A DNA stretch of 64,000 bases. Origin: Candidatus Bathyarchaeota archaeon (lineage in GTDB: Archaea > Thermoproteota > Bathyarchaeia > Bathyarchaeales > DTEX01). Location of the stretch: the NCBI GenBank assembly GCA_963714275.1, contig CAVQNT010000002.1, positions 32,001 through 96,000 of the forward strand. The letters run 5' to 3'. Below are positions 1-8,548 of the stretch, piece after piece; position 1 is the stretch's first letter, and every line of letters begins with the position of its first letter. Both the position numbers and the translations under genes were made by a program. The notes beneath the pieces are model-generated. The model did no database searches, was not told the origin of the DNA, and was given only the letters and a program-made list of their open reading frames with translations.

Positions 1-306
1 AAAGTAGGCATGGTGAAAGTGCGCCTCTTTCGTCCCTTCCCGAAGGAAGAACTGTGGGAGGTGCTCCGGGAGGCGGAGAAGTTGGCGGTGGTGGACCGGA
101 ACGTCTCCTTCGGAGTAGGGGGAATTTTCGCCCAGGAACTCCGGGCGGCCTTCTGCAATGAAAAGACTCGACCTCCCATCTTCAGTTACATTGCCGGGTT
201 AGGCGGGAGGGACGTAACCCCCCAGGTCTTAAATGATGTAGTTTACCAGACCTATAAACGCTCTGAGCCAGAAGAGCAGAGCGTCTGGGTTGGGATGAGG
301 AGTTGA
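1..306 (+). CDS. porA: Pyruvate/2-oxoacid:ferredoxin oxidoreductase alpha subunit, C-terminal part (runs off window)
   Basis: KVRLFRPFP, VVDRNVSFG and YIAGLGGRDVT are PorA domain-II motifs; followed by a beta subunit. Confidence 0.85.
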   Translation, partial: KVGMVKVRLFRPFPKEELWEVLREAEKLAVVDRNVSFGVGGIFAQELRAAFCNEKTRPPIFSYIAGLGGRDVTPQVLNDVVYQTYKRSEPEEQSVWVGMRS

Positions 307-322
307 GTCGGCTATCGCCAAG

Positions 323-394
323 GTAAAAATGAAAATTGAAAAATTTAAATTAAGCTGAAAGGCATTTTGCACTTTTAATTTTGCATTTTGCAAT
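323..394. repeat. Heptamer tandem-repeat hairpin
   Basis: AAAAATG/AAAATTG/AAAAATT run followed by complementary TTTTGCA/CTTTTAA/TTTTGCA/TTTTGCA. Confidence 0.65.
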
Positions 395-409
395 GGAACG
401 GAGTTGATT

Positions 410-1276
410 ATGTACGAGCCAAGAGAATTGATGTACGCGGGCCACTTAGCCTGCGCGGGCTGTGGGGCCACGATGGCCATGCGCTATGCCCTCAAGGCGC
501 TGGGAGAACAGACCATCCTCGTGGTACCGGCGTGCTGCTGGTCGATCCTGGCTGGGCCTTTTCCCTATACTGCGATCCAGGTGCCGTTGATTCATACGGC
601 CTTTGAAACCGGTGCCTCCACTGCCTCGGGCATCAAAGCTGCCCTGGAAATGCGCGGGGATACGGAGACGACCGTGGCCGCCTGGGTGGGGGATGGGGGA
701 ACCTTTGACATCGGTATCCAGGCCCTCTCGGGCGCTGCCGAGCGGAACGATGACCTCCTCTACTTCTGCTACGATAACGAGGCCTACATGAATACGGGAA
801 TCCAGAGGAGTTCGGCTACACCCTTCGGTACATGGACGACCACAACTCCGATTAATCATCCCAAGAGTCAACCCAAAAAGAATATGGTTGAAATCATGGC
901 CGCCCATCGGATCCCTTATGCGGCTACTTGCTCCGTGGCCTTTCCCGAAGACATGATGCGCAAAGTCAGCAAAGCCAAATCCATCCGGGGAACCAAGTTC
1001 ATCCACATTTACTCACCTTGCCCCACGGGTTGGAAGGCCCCCTCTTCGCTGGCCGTGAAGATTGCCCGTCTGGCCGTGCACACCAAGATTTTTCCCCTCT
1101 ATGAAGTAGAGCGGGGCGAGCGCTATAATATCAACATAGAGCCGAAGAACCTGCCGGTTGATGAATACCTTCGGCTTCAGGGCCGGTTCAATCACTTGAC
1201 GGACGACGAAGTGCATACCATCCAGGAAACCGCGGACCGGGAGTGGGAACGGCTGGTCAAGAAAGCCCTGGATTAA
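410..1276 (+). CDS. porB: Pyruvate/2-oxoacid:ferredoxin oxidoreductase beta subunit (TPP-binding)
   Basis: GHLACAGCG, GDGGTFDIG, YDNEAYMNTGIQRSS, SPCPTGW; ATG at 410 after GGAG. Confidence 0.92.
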   Translation: MYEPRELMYAGHLACAGCGATMAMRYALKALGEQTILVVPACCWSILAGPFPYTAIQVPLIHTAFETGASTASGIKAALEMRGDTETTVAAWVGDGGTFDIGIQALSGAAERNDDLLYFCYDNEAYMNTGIQRSSATPFGTWTTTTPINHPKSQPKKNMVEIMAAHRIPYAATCSVAFPEDMMRKVSKAKSIRGTKFIHIYSPCPTGWKAPSSLAVKIARLAVHTKIFPLYEVERGERYNINIEPKNLPVDEYLRLQGRFNHLTDDEVHTIQETADREWERLVKKALD

Positions 1277-1381
1277 GCCCTACTTGCGCACCCCCCTTTG
1301 CTTATAGTCAGGAGGCTTAGTTTTTCATCTCAATTTAGCGTTTTGAAGAGAACCACTAAATTTCATTGAAATATGAAAGCT

Positions 1382-1575
1382 GATAATTTCGTAAAAAGTA
1401 GAATTCCCCCTCCCCTCGCGGGAGGGGGACAAAGGGGAGGGGGATAATTAACCGGCTGAAATGACTCCCATCTTCAGCCTCACCTTTACCCTGTCGAGTA
1501 GTGAAGCTCACTCCACAGGGCAAGCCCTTTTCCGTCAAGGGAGAGGGGGTATTTTTGACTTTTTACAACTCCATC
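1382..1575. mobile_element. MITE (GAT...CGTAAAAAGT / ACTTTTTAC...CATC ends) carrying REP-like hairpins
   Basis: Imperfect terminal IRs; flanking 6-bp repeat AAAGCT/AAAGTT; body nearly identical to the copy at 4135-4439. Confidence 0.8.
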
Positions 1576-1580
1576 AAAGT

Positions 1581-1648
1581 TGCAAGATGAAAAATGTAAA
1601 TTTCAGAGGGAAATGCCCATCATTTTGAAATTTGCATTTGGCATTGAA
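1581..1648. repeat. Heptamer tandem-repeat hairpin (TTTTGCA family)
   Basis: tgcaaga tgaaaaa tgtaaat ... ttttgaa atttgca tttggca; same family as 323-394. Confidence 0.55.
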
Positions 1649-1776
1649 TTCTAGCCAATTTTTCCCCAGAATGCCGATAAAATTTTAAGTGTTTGGGTCG
1701 GCTTTCTATATGCAAAGAGGACAAAAGGGAGGAAAGATTCCTGTAGTAAGTATCCGCATATCGGTAGGAGGTTTCG

Positions 1777-2280
1777 ATGGGAAAGGGGAGGGGATCTGAA
1801 ATCATTAAACTGGTAATCAGCATAGTCGTTTGCCAGCTTGCAGGCTGGGTGGGTTCTATTTTTACCAGACCCGCCATCCCCGCCTGGTATGCTTCGCTGA
1901 GAAAACCGTTTTGCACGCCTCCCGATTGGGTGTTTGCTCCGGTTTGGATCGGTCTGTACATTTTGATGGGAATCGCCGTGTTTCTTGTGTGGCGAACAGG
2001 CTGGCATGAAAAACAGACCCAGATGGCTTTAGTCCTCTTTAGTGTACAGTTGATTCTCAACGCCTTGTGGTCATTTTTGTTCTTCGGGTTGAGATCCCCC
2101 CTGGCCGGGCTTATAGAAATTTCAATTCTGGCGGTCGTCATCCTGTTTACCATCCAAAGCTTTCTCAAGATAAACAGGACGGCGGGAATCCTGCTCATTC
2201 CTTACTTCCTATGGGTGGCCTTTGCCTCTGGTTTAAATCTATCGATATGGGTTTTGAATGATAGCCGGTTTTTAAGCTAA
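1777..2280 (+). CDS. tspO: TspO/MBR tryptophan-rich sensory protein
   Basis: WYASLRKPFCTPPDWVFAPVW, QLILNALWSFLFFG, LLIPYFLWVAFA; GGAGG RBS. Confidence 0.93.
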   Translation: MGKGRGSEIIKLVISIVVCQLAGWVGSIFTRPAIPAWYASLRKPFCTPPDWVFAPVWIGLYILMGIAVFLVWRTGWHEKQTQMALVLFSVQLILNALWSFLFFGLRSPLAGLIEISILAVVILFTIQSFLKINRTAGILLIPYFLWVAFASGLNLSIWVLNDSRFLS

Positions 2281-3161
2281 GCCCTTTTCCTCCCGCGAAA
2301 TACCCAGGGAATAATATTTAGATTTAATAGGTATTAACCAAATAATATTTCCATCACTTCTTTGGAAAAGCCTTTTGTAGAGCTTCTATAATAAGTAAGT
2401 CAGCAGGCCTACTCCATTTTCCTGGATTATCTTTAAGGTACTTTGCGACAAGATAACATATTTCCTTGATTGTAGGCTTCCCTGGATAAAGGTAAAAATC
2501 ATCCGAGGCATCATAGACACCTGTAACATAACCGACGTAAAAAAATGCCTGTTGGCAATTAGTATCGGGATCTTTTCTCTCAGCCTTTTCAAACTCCTGC
2601 ATATCCGCAACTAATTTGTGGCCATCAATAAGTTGAGCAGATGAATCTAAAGCAGTGCATAGGACCATGGCGGCTAATGCCATTACCAAACTCAATCGTT
2701 TCAGAAATTTCATGATGACCTCCTTTCCATGGTTTCCATATACTTACATTTTCTAATTATAACAGATCCCAAAACAAAAAAGCCCCATCGAAGGGGCTCA
2801 GGATCACAGGGGGGTTAATCTTGGTTGGGAAGACATTAGGTACGAAACTCAACCATAAAAAAACCCCGGTAAGACGCAGCGATTGACCGCGGTTCGACTG
2901 GCAACCGGGTGAACCAAGCGGAACCCACCCATGGTATTATGTACCACGCCTGCCTTCTCTGATCAAGAAAAAAACCGAAATAATGATGGCAGGGAGAAAG
3001 GCAACCCTCACTCACTCAAGTAAAATCTTCGAAAAACCGGCGCTTACAACCCTGGCTTTTCAGTTTTTGGATTGAGAGGGTTAGGGGGTGGTGGGTCGAT
3101 AAAGCCCTAAAAGGGATTTCAAATCCTATATGATTTAAATCTGTCGATATGGGTTTTGAAT
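2232..3161. mobile_element. ~0.9-kb islet bounded by a 28-bp direct repeat of the tspO 3' end (attL/attR-like)
   Basis: TTTAAATCT(A/G)TCGATATGGGTTTTGAAT at 2232-2259 and 3134-3161 (27/28 identical); AT-richer interior. Confidence 0.7.
2354..2713 (-). CDS. Rap1a/Tai-family (T6SS amidase immunity-like) secreted protein
   Basis: Signal peptide, then DGHKLV...GYVTGVYD...P...VAKYLKDNP...ALQKAFP pattern. Confidence 0.7.
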   Translation of the reverse strand: MKFLKRLSLVMALAAMVLCTALDSSAQLIDGHKLVADMQEFEKAERKDPDTNCQQAFFYVGYVTGVYDASDDFYLYPGKPTIKEICYLVAKYLKDNPGKWSRPADLLIIEALQKAFPKK

Positions 3162-3388
3162 TGTTAGGTTGCAGAAGTAAAGATTTGGCCCGTGGATAAT
3201 TGCAAATTTCCCGGCATAAGGATAACATTGGTTATCATCCACTCACTTTGAACTACGAGACTCTTAACCGAGATTATTTATTGTTTTCGCTTATACAATG
3301 AGTCATATTTTTGTTCGCCAGGTGTTCTTCCTATGTCCAACCCTTTACCCCTTGATGCAAATTTAACAATAATATCAACAGGAAGGTT

Positions 3389-3404
3389 TGGCATGTAGTT
3401 TGCT
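3389..3404 (+). promoter_or_regulatory. Sigma-54 (-24/-12) promoter upstream of the PilZ gene
   Basis: TGGCATGTAGTTTGCT; GG-N10-GC spacing. Confidence 0.65.
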
Positions 3405-3487
3405 AATCTTGATTTTTATGTTAAACTCAGGTAATTAAAAGAGCAACACAAGGGTCTGGGTGGCAAACTTGAAATAGGATAAGGGGG

Positions 3488-3883
3488 ATGAAAATGGAGA
3501 AGAGGAGAGCAAAGCCTCATATCGGAATTGCCAAATTTGAAAAAAGAAAACATCCCAGATTTTTATTGAATTTGCCCATAGAATATTATCGAATCAACTC
3601 GGACCTCGACCCAGACCTCACGCCGGCTGGTTACACATTCAATGCCAGCGAAGGGGGGCTGATGGTCAATCTTCCAGAACAAATGGATATCGGTCAATAT
3701 CTAAGAATGAAATTATTTTTCTCTTTCGGTCCCGATATAAATGCCATTGAGATGCTTTCGCAGGTGATGTGGACCGATAATTTGGGAGAGGACGGGAGCT
3801 ATCGGTCCGGCGTGAGATTCGTGGAAATCTCCTCCGAAGATATGGGCAGGCTGAAAAATTTTTTGCAAGATCTTTCGAATTGA
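3488..3883 (+). CDS. Stand-alone PilZ-domain (c-di-GMP receptor) protein
   Basis: RxxxR (EKRKHPR) and NxSxGG (NASEGG) motifs; C-terminal GVRF. Confidence 0.88.
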   Translation: MKMEKRRAKPHIGIAKFEKRKHPRFLLNLPIEYYRINSDLDPDLTPAGYTFNASEGGLMVNLPEQMDIGQYLRMKLFFSFGPDINAIEMLSQVMWTDNLGEDGSYRSGVRFVEISSEDMGRLKNFLQDLSN

Positions 3884-4134
3884 TAATCCCTTTTAGGATT
3901 TCCTCAACCCGAACTGAATCCAACCCATAAATTTTCGAGGTCTCTCAACCAAGGCAAAGCATTTCCGGCCCAAACTAATTGACAAAGGTTTTCGGCCCCA
4001 GCCACTTGCCCCCTTTTTTCCCCCGCTCAGCATTCTCCCCTCCGCACCCAAGACGAGAGAGGAAACAAGAGTAGGCCCCGGGCCATGCTTTTTCTCTTTG
4101 ACAAAAGCTCAAAAAGCAAGTTAAAAATATAATT

Positions 4135-4439
4135 GATGATTGCGTAAAAAATAGAATTCCCCCTCCCCTCGCGGGAGGGGACAAAGGGGAGGGGGATATT
4201 TAACCGGCTGAAATGACTCCCTCTTCACCCTCACCCCGGCCCTCTCCCGTCAGAGACTGGTCGTAATGAAGGAAAAGGGCCGTCATTCCCGCGAAAGTGG
4301 GAATCCAGGGTATTTAGGTGCGGAAATCACACGATATTTTTCTTTGAAAGGACCCGCTGGATGCCCGCCTACGCGGGATGACGAATTACGACAGTCTCTC
4401 AAGGGAGAGGGAGTGTTTTTGACTTTTTACGACTTCATC
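4135..4439. mobile_element. Nested MITE: outer GATG...CATC element containing an inner GAGACT...AGTCTC element
   Basis: Perfect 6-bp TSD ATAATT (4129-4134/4440-4445); inner element 4253-4398 flanked by a TCA duplication; innermost GTCATTCCCGC/GCGGGATGAC REP pair. Confidence 0.85.
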
Positions 4440-4498
4440 ATAATTAGCTTTTCTAATAGTCCGAAGAAACTTATGAATGCCCAAACGCAGTGTAAATC

Positions 4499-5266
4499 AT
4501 GAGGAAGATACCGGAAAGATATCGCCGGCGGTTGATGGGTCTAATCCCCATTGAACGAGTTGCGACCTGGCAAGTTTCCAGGCCGCCGAAATCCCTCCTG
4601 CAAGAACTTCTCGCCTACGATGGCCTCACGCCCACGATCTCGGATATTCTCGATTCCATGGGAGTTGTAGGCGCCATCCCCGGCTCTCTGCTAAGGCCGG
4701 TCATTCCCGGGAAGAAGATCGCAGGGCCGGCCATAACTCTGAAATATGTTCCTGAGCGCTTGACTGCAACTCAGTCCTTCCAGGAGAAGGCCAGGGCCAA
4801 GCTCGCAGATCGGGATGCCTACGCTGTGACTGAGCCGGGGGACGTTGTGGTTATCGATGGGGGGGGAAGGGGAGAGATTTCGGCCATGGGAGGCCTTTCC
4901 ACTTTTGTGGCCAAGAAATATGGATTGGCCGGGAATATCGTGGATTGTGGAGTACGAGATGTGGGTGAAATGAGAGCCCTGGACTACCCGGTTTGGTCCC
5001 GGGGGATTACTCCCATCACGGGTAAATTCCGCTTCGAAGCTTTGGAAGTAAATGGGGCTGTGGTGTGCGGCGGAGTCTCTGTCTCCCCCGGTGACCTGGT
5101 CGTCGCCGATGATACGGGGGTGGTCATCGTTCCCCAAAAGATCATCGGAGAAGTTGTTCGACGGGCCATCGAAGCTTCAAAGAAGGAAAAGCGGCTCATC
5201 GAGGCCATCGAAGAAGGATCTTCGATGGAAGAGATCAAAAAAATTCTGGCACCGGAAAAATGGTAA
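4499..5266 (+). CDS. RraA-like / HMG-CHA aldolase family protein
   Basis: TISDILD, PGDVVVIDGGG, VDCGVRDV, PGDLVVADDTGVVIVP. Confidence 0.85.
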   Translation: MRKIPERYRRRLMGLIPIERVATWQVSRPPKSLLQELLAYDGLTPTISDILDSMGVVGAIPGSLLRPVIPGKKIAGPAITLKYVPERLTATQSFQEKARAKLADRDAYAVTEPGDVVVIDGGGRGEISAMGGLSTFVAKKYGLAGNIVDCGVRDVGEMRALDYPVWSRGITPITGKFRFEALEVNGAVVCGGVSVSPGDLVVADDTGVVIVPQKIIGEVVRRAIEASKKEKRLIEAIEEGSSMEEIKKILAPEKW

Positions 5267-5271
5267 AAAGA

Positions 5272-5378
5272 CAGGGTGGAGGGCGTTGGGTGTAGGGTGT
5301 AGGCGGTAGAGTGAAAAGTGTTGAGTGTTAAGTTTCAGTTTTTAGGTTTTACCCCTTACGCCTTGCGCCTTACGGTTC
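5272..5378. repeat. Heptamer tandem-repeat hairpin (AGGGTGT / TTACGCC family)
   Basis: agggtgg agggcgt tgggtgt agggtgt ... ttacccc ttacgcc ttgcgcc. Confidence 0.6.
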
Positions 5379-5396
5379 TTAATAGGAGGGTTTTAA

Positions 5397-6446
5397 TTGG
5401 CTTTAGAATTGATGCGCGGGAACGAGGCCATCGCCGAAGGGGCCATCCGCGCCGGTTGCCGGTTTTACGCCGGATATCCCATCACTCCGCAGAATGAACT
5501 TTTCGAATACATGGCCAAACGGTTGCCTCAAGAAGGGGGCACTTTTCTCCAGTGCGAGAGTGAGGTCGCCGGCATTAACATGATCTGGGGAGCGGCCTGC
5601 ACGGGCTCGCGGGCCATGACTTCTTCTTCCGGGCCGGGGATCAGCCTGATGTCTGAAGGACTGAGCACATTAGCAGCTGGACAGCTTCCTTGCGTGGTGG
5701 TGGACGTCACCAGGGCGGGCCCTGGGTTGGGGCGCATTGCTCCGGCCCAATCGGACTACCGGCAGGTTACCAAGGGTGGAGGCCATGGAGATTACCGGGC
5801 GATCGTACTTGGGCCGTCTTCCACCCAGGAGATGGCCGAGCTGGCTACGCTCGCCTTCCATCTGGCCGACCTTTACCGCAATCCGGTAATCATCCTGATG
5901 GATGGGATGCTGGGGCAGATGATGGAACCCTTGGATTTTGACCTGGTGAAACCCCTTCCCGTTCCTGATAAACCCTGGGCCCTGCTGGGCAAAGGGGATG
6001 GTCCAAGGAAGATGATCTACGCCGCTCCTTTTGATGATCCCGGGCTCATCCAGTTGAATCAGGAATTGGCTGAAAAATACCGCCAGATTGAGGCCAAAGA
6101 GCAGCGCTGGGAGGAAATCCTGCTCGACGGAGCACAGCTCGTGGTAGTAGCTTTCGGCAGCGCGGCGCGCGTGGCCCTGGACGCGGTCCAGGCTGCCAGG
6201 GCCGAAGGGTTACCGGTGGGAATGATCCGACCGATCACCCTCTGGCCCTTTCCCCGAAAAGGATTCCAGAAGGTTCGGCATTCGGCCAAGGCTTTCCTCG
6301 ACGTGGAGATGAACGCCGGTCAGATGCAGGAGGACCTAGAACGCGTGGTAGGGCCAGATTTTTCCATCCATCACCTGGGTCAGGGCGGCGGAAAAATTAT
6401 CTACCCGGATGAAGTTTATGAAGAAATTAAAAGATTGGTGAAATGA
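5397..6446 (+). CDS. 2-oxoacid:ferredoxin oxidoreductase alpha subunit (VorB-type)
   Basis: GNEAIAEGA, YAGYPITPQ, TSSSGPG, KGGGHGDY, RPITLWPF, VEMNAGQM. Confidence 0.92.
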   Translation: MALELMRGNEAIAEGAIRAGCRFYAGYPITPQNELFEYMAKRLPQEGGTFLQCESEVAGINMIWGAACTGSRAMTSSSGPGISLMSEGLSTLAAGQLPCVVVDVTRAGPGLGRIAPAQSDYRQVTKGGGHGDYRAIVLGPSSTQEMAELATLAFHLADLYRNPVIILMDGMLGQMMEPLDFDLVKPLPVPDKPWALLGKGDGPRKMIYAAPFDDPGLIQLNQELAEKYRQIEAKEQRWEEILLDGAQLVVVAFGSAARVALDAVQAARAEGLPVGMIRPITLWPFPRKGFQKVRHSAKAFLDVEMNAGQMQEDLERVVGPDFSIHHLGQGGGKIIYPDEVYEEIKRLVK

Positions 6447-6455
6447 AGTCAATCT

Positions 6456-6558
6456 GTCCCCGTCCTCGCCGTTCGGCTGAGTCCTCGGCCTGAGCTCGGG
6501 CCGAAGGCTCACGGCGAGGCCTTCCCCCTCTAGGGGGGAGGGCTAAGAGGGGGCGAGA
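6456..6558. repeat. Nested REP-like palindromes
   Basis: cctcgccg...tgag...gccgaaggctcacggcgagg inside a cccctc/gagggg hairpin. Confidence 0.55.
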
Positions 6559-6570
6559 AGGAGGCCTTTT

Positions 6571-7317
6571 TTGATGAAGAAGGTTTTTAAGAAGCCCGAT
6601 TCTCTCACCGACTTCCCCTATCCCTACTGTCCGGGGTGTGGCCATGGAATTGTGCAGCGTCTGGTGGGCGAGGCCATGGATGATTTGGGCATCGTGGGCA
6701 AAACCATTGGGGTCACTTCCGCGGGTTGCTCGGTGAGAAATTGGAAGCAGTTTGCTTGCGACATGACCATGGGCTTGCATGGCCGTGGCCCGGCGGTGGC
6801 CACCGGCCTGAAACGAACAGTTCCCGAATGTATCATCTTTACATACCAAGGAGACGGAGACCTGGCCGCGATTGGCACGGGGGAGATCGTCCACGCCGCT
6901 GCCCGGTGCGAGCGCATCACGGTAATCTACGTAAACAATGCGGTCTTCGGGGCCACGGGCGGCCAGCAGGCTCCCACCACTCTTCTGGGGCAGAAGACGA
7001 CCAGCTTTCCCGGGGGCCGGGATCCCCGCACCGGCGGATACCCACTGCGGATGGCGGAGATGCTGGCCAGTGTTTCCCCCGAGGCTTACATCGTTCGTGT
7101 TTCCATCCATGACGTGAAGCATATCAACCAGGCTGCGAAAGCGATCCGCCGGGCCTTTGAGGTGCAGATGCACGACGAAGGCTTTGCCCTGGTCGAATGT
7201 CTCTCCATGTGCCCTACGCAATGGAAGGTTACGCCGGTTCAGGCTTTGAAATGGATTGATGAAAAAATGGTCCCCTATTACCCGCTGGGCGAATTTTCCA
7301 CTCCTAAAGGAAATTGA
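6571..7317 (+). CDS. 2-oxoacid:ferredoxin oxidoreductase beta subunit (VorA-type)
   Basis: YCPGCGHG, HGRGPAVATG, YQGDGDLAAIG, CPTQW. Confidence 0.92.
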   Translation: MMKKVFKKPDSLTDFPYPYCPGCGHGIVQRLVGEAMDDLGIVGKTIGVTSAGCSVRNWKQFACDMTMGLHGRGPAVATGLKRTVPECIIFTYQGDGDLAAIGTGEIVHAAARCERITVIYVNNAVFGATGGQQAPTTLLGQKTTSFPGGRDPRTGGYPLRMAEMLASVSPEAYIVRVSIHDVKHINQAAKAIRRAFEVQMHDEGFALVECLSMCPTQWKVTPVQALKWIDEKMVPYYPLGEFSTPKGN

Positions 7318-7321
7318 AATT

Positions 7322-7499
7322 TTTCACCGCGGAGATCGCGGAGGCCGCAGAGAAGGGCGAGATAAAAGAATTGATGATTAACAAAGACGACGGGCAATCC
7401 AAAAGATCGTTTATATTTTATTCTTTATCTTTGACTCTTTTTAGTTTGTTTTTTGTAAAGTAAAGAACCTCTGCGTGCTCTGCGATCTCTGCGGTGAAA
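7322..7499. repeat. 9-mer repeat inverted element (CGCGGAG/CGCAGAG ... CTCTGCG)
   Basis: tttcaccgcggagatcgcggaggccgcagag ... ctctgcgtgctctgcgatctctgcggtgaaa. Confidence 0.75.
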
Positions 7500-7509
7500 G
7501 TCTTGGAAA

Positions 7510-8078
7510 TGGAGCTTATTGTGCATGAATCGGTAATCATGTCTGGGTTTGGGGGACAAGGCATCCTGCTCATGGGGCAGCTCCTTTGTTACGCCGGGAT
7601 GCATGAGGGGTTAAAGGTCACCTGGATGCCCTCTTATGGACCGGAGATGCGGGGAGGGACGGCCAATTGCACAGTGATGCTTTCATCTTCCCGAGTCGGC
7701 TCCCCGGTTACCCAACATCCTTCGTCGTTGGTGGCTATGAATAAAGCTTCCCTGCAGAAATTCGAGACCACCATTCAAGCCGGAGGATTCTTGGTGATCA
7801 ATTCTTCCCTTGTAGATCGGGATTCCCGGCGCAGCGACCTTACGGTCGTCAGGGTCCCGGCGAACAAGATTGCCGAAGAGGCCGGCACGCTGCAGGTGAC
7901 CAACATGGCAGCACTGGGGGCTTATGTGGGGGGGAAAGGAGTTGTCTCCCTGGAGTCGGTCCTGGTCGCTCTGCGCCGGATGATCCCGGAGCACCGAAAA
8001 GAATTACTCGCGGTCAATGAAGAAGCGCTGAAAAGAGGGGCTGCCGTTGCCGCAGCGCAACCAACAAAAGCGCGCTGA
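7510..8078 (+). CDS. 2-oxoacid:ferredoxin oxidoreductase gamma subunit
   Basis: SGFGGQGIL, WMPSYGPEMRGGTANC, NMAALGA; start uncertain (7494-7521). Confidence 0.9.
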
Positions 8079-8169
8079 TTTTTTTTACATCCTGCTCGAT
8101 TCCTCCTCGCTCCATCCTCCTCCCCTCATGGGAGAGCGGGAGAGGCAAGGGGGTATGGAAAATAGAAGA

Positions 8170-8373
8170 ATGGGAAAGATCGTCATCGACAAGGAACGGT
8201 GTAAGGGGTGCCAGCTTTGCATTTCCACTTGCCCGAAAAAATTGATCTTGCTTTCTGAGAACTTCAACGAGAAGGGTTACCACTTTGTCGTCTTCGATGG
8301 TTTGGAGGAATGCACGGGCTGCACGATGTGCGGGCGAATCTGCCCGGATATGGCCATTGAAGTGTTTAAATAA
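8170..8373 (+). CDS. 2[4Fe-4S] ferredoxin / OFOR delta subunit
   Basis: CKGCQLCISTCP and CTGCTMCGRICP. Confidence 0.9.
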   Translation: MGKIVIDKERCKGCQLCISTCPKKLILLSENFNEKGYHFVVFDGLEECTGCTMCGRICPDMAIEVFK

Positions 8374-8377
8374 AAGC

Positions 8378-8527
8378 AGAATACAGAATTCAGAAGGCGG
8401 GAATAACCGCAAGTCGCGAAAGCGCAAGGCGCAAGAAGGTATAAACAGGGCTGTTCAGTCTCTATCCTTTACGCGCCTACGTCTTATGTCTTACGGTTTT
8501 TCTTCTGGCTCCTGATTCCTGAATTCT
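8378..8527. repeat. Nested heptamer-repeat hairpins (CAGAATT outer, CGCAAG/CTTACG inner)
   Basis: cagaata cagaatt cagaag ... gcgcaag gcgcaag ... tcttatg tcttacg ... tcctgat tcctgaa ttct. Confidence 0.6.
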
Positions 8528-8548
8528 TTTTTTGAGGAGGTCAATATT

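Noticed and set aside
1356-1538. Small ORFs inside MITEs (also 3975-4184, 4266-4502, 21356-21773)
   Set aside because: They lie within or across repeat elements and have no protein features.
2895-2915. GGTTCGA resembling a tRNA T-loop
   Set aside because: No acceptor, D or anticodon arms could be built around it.
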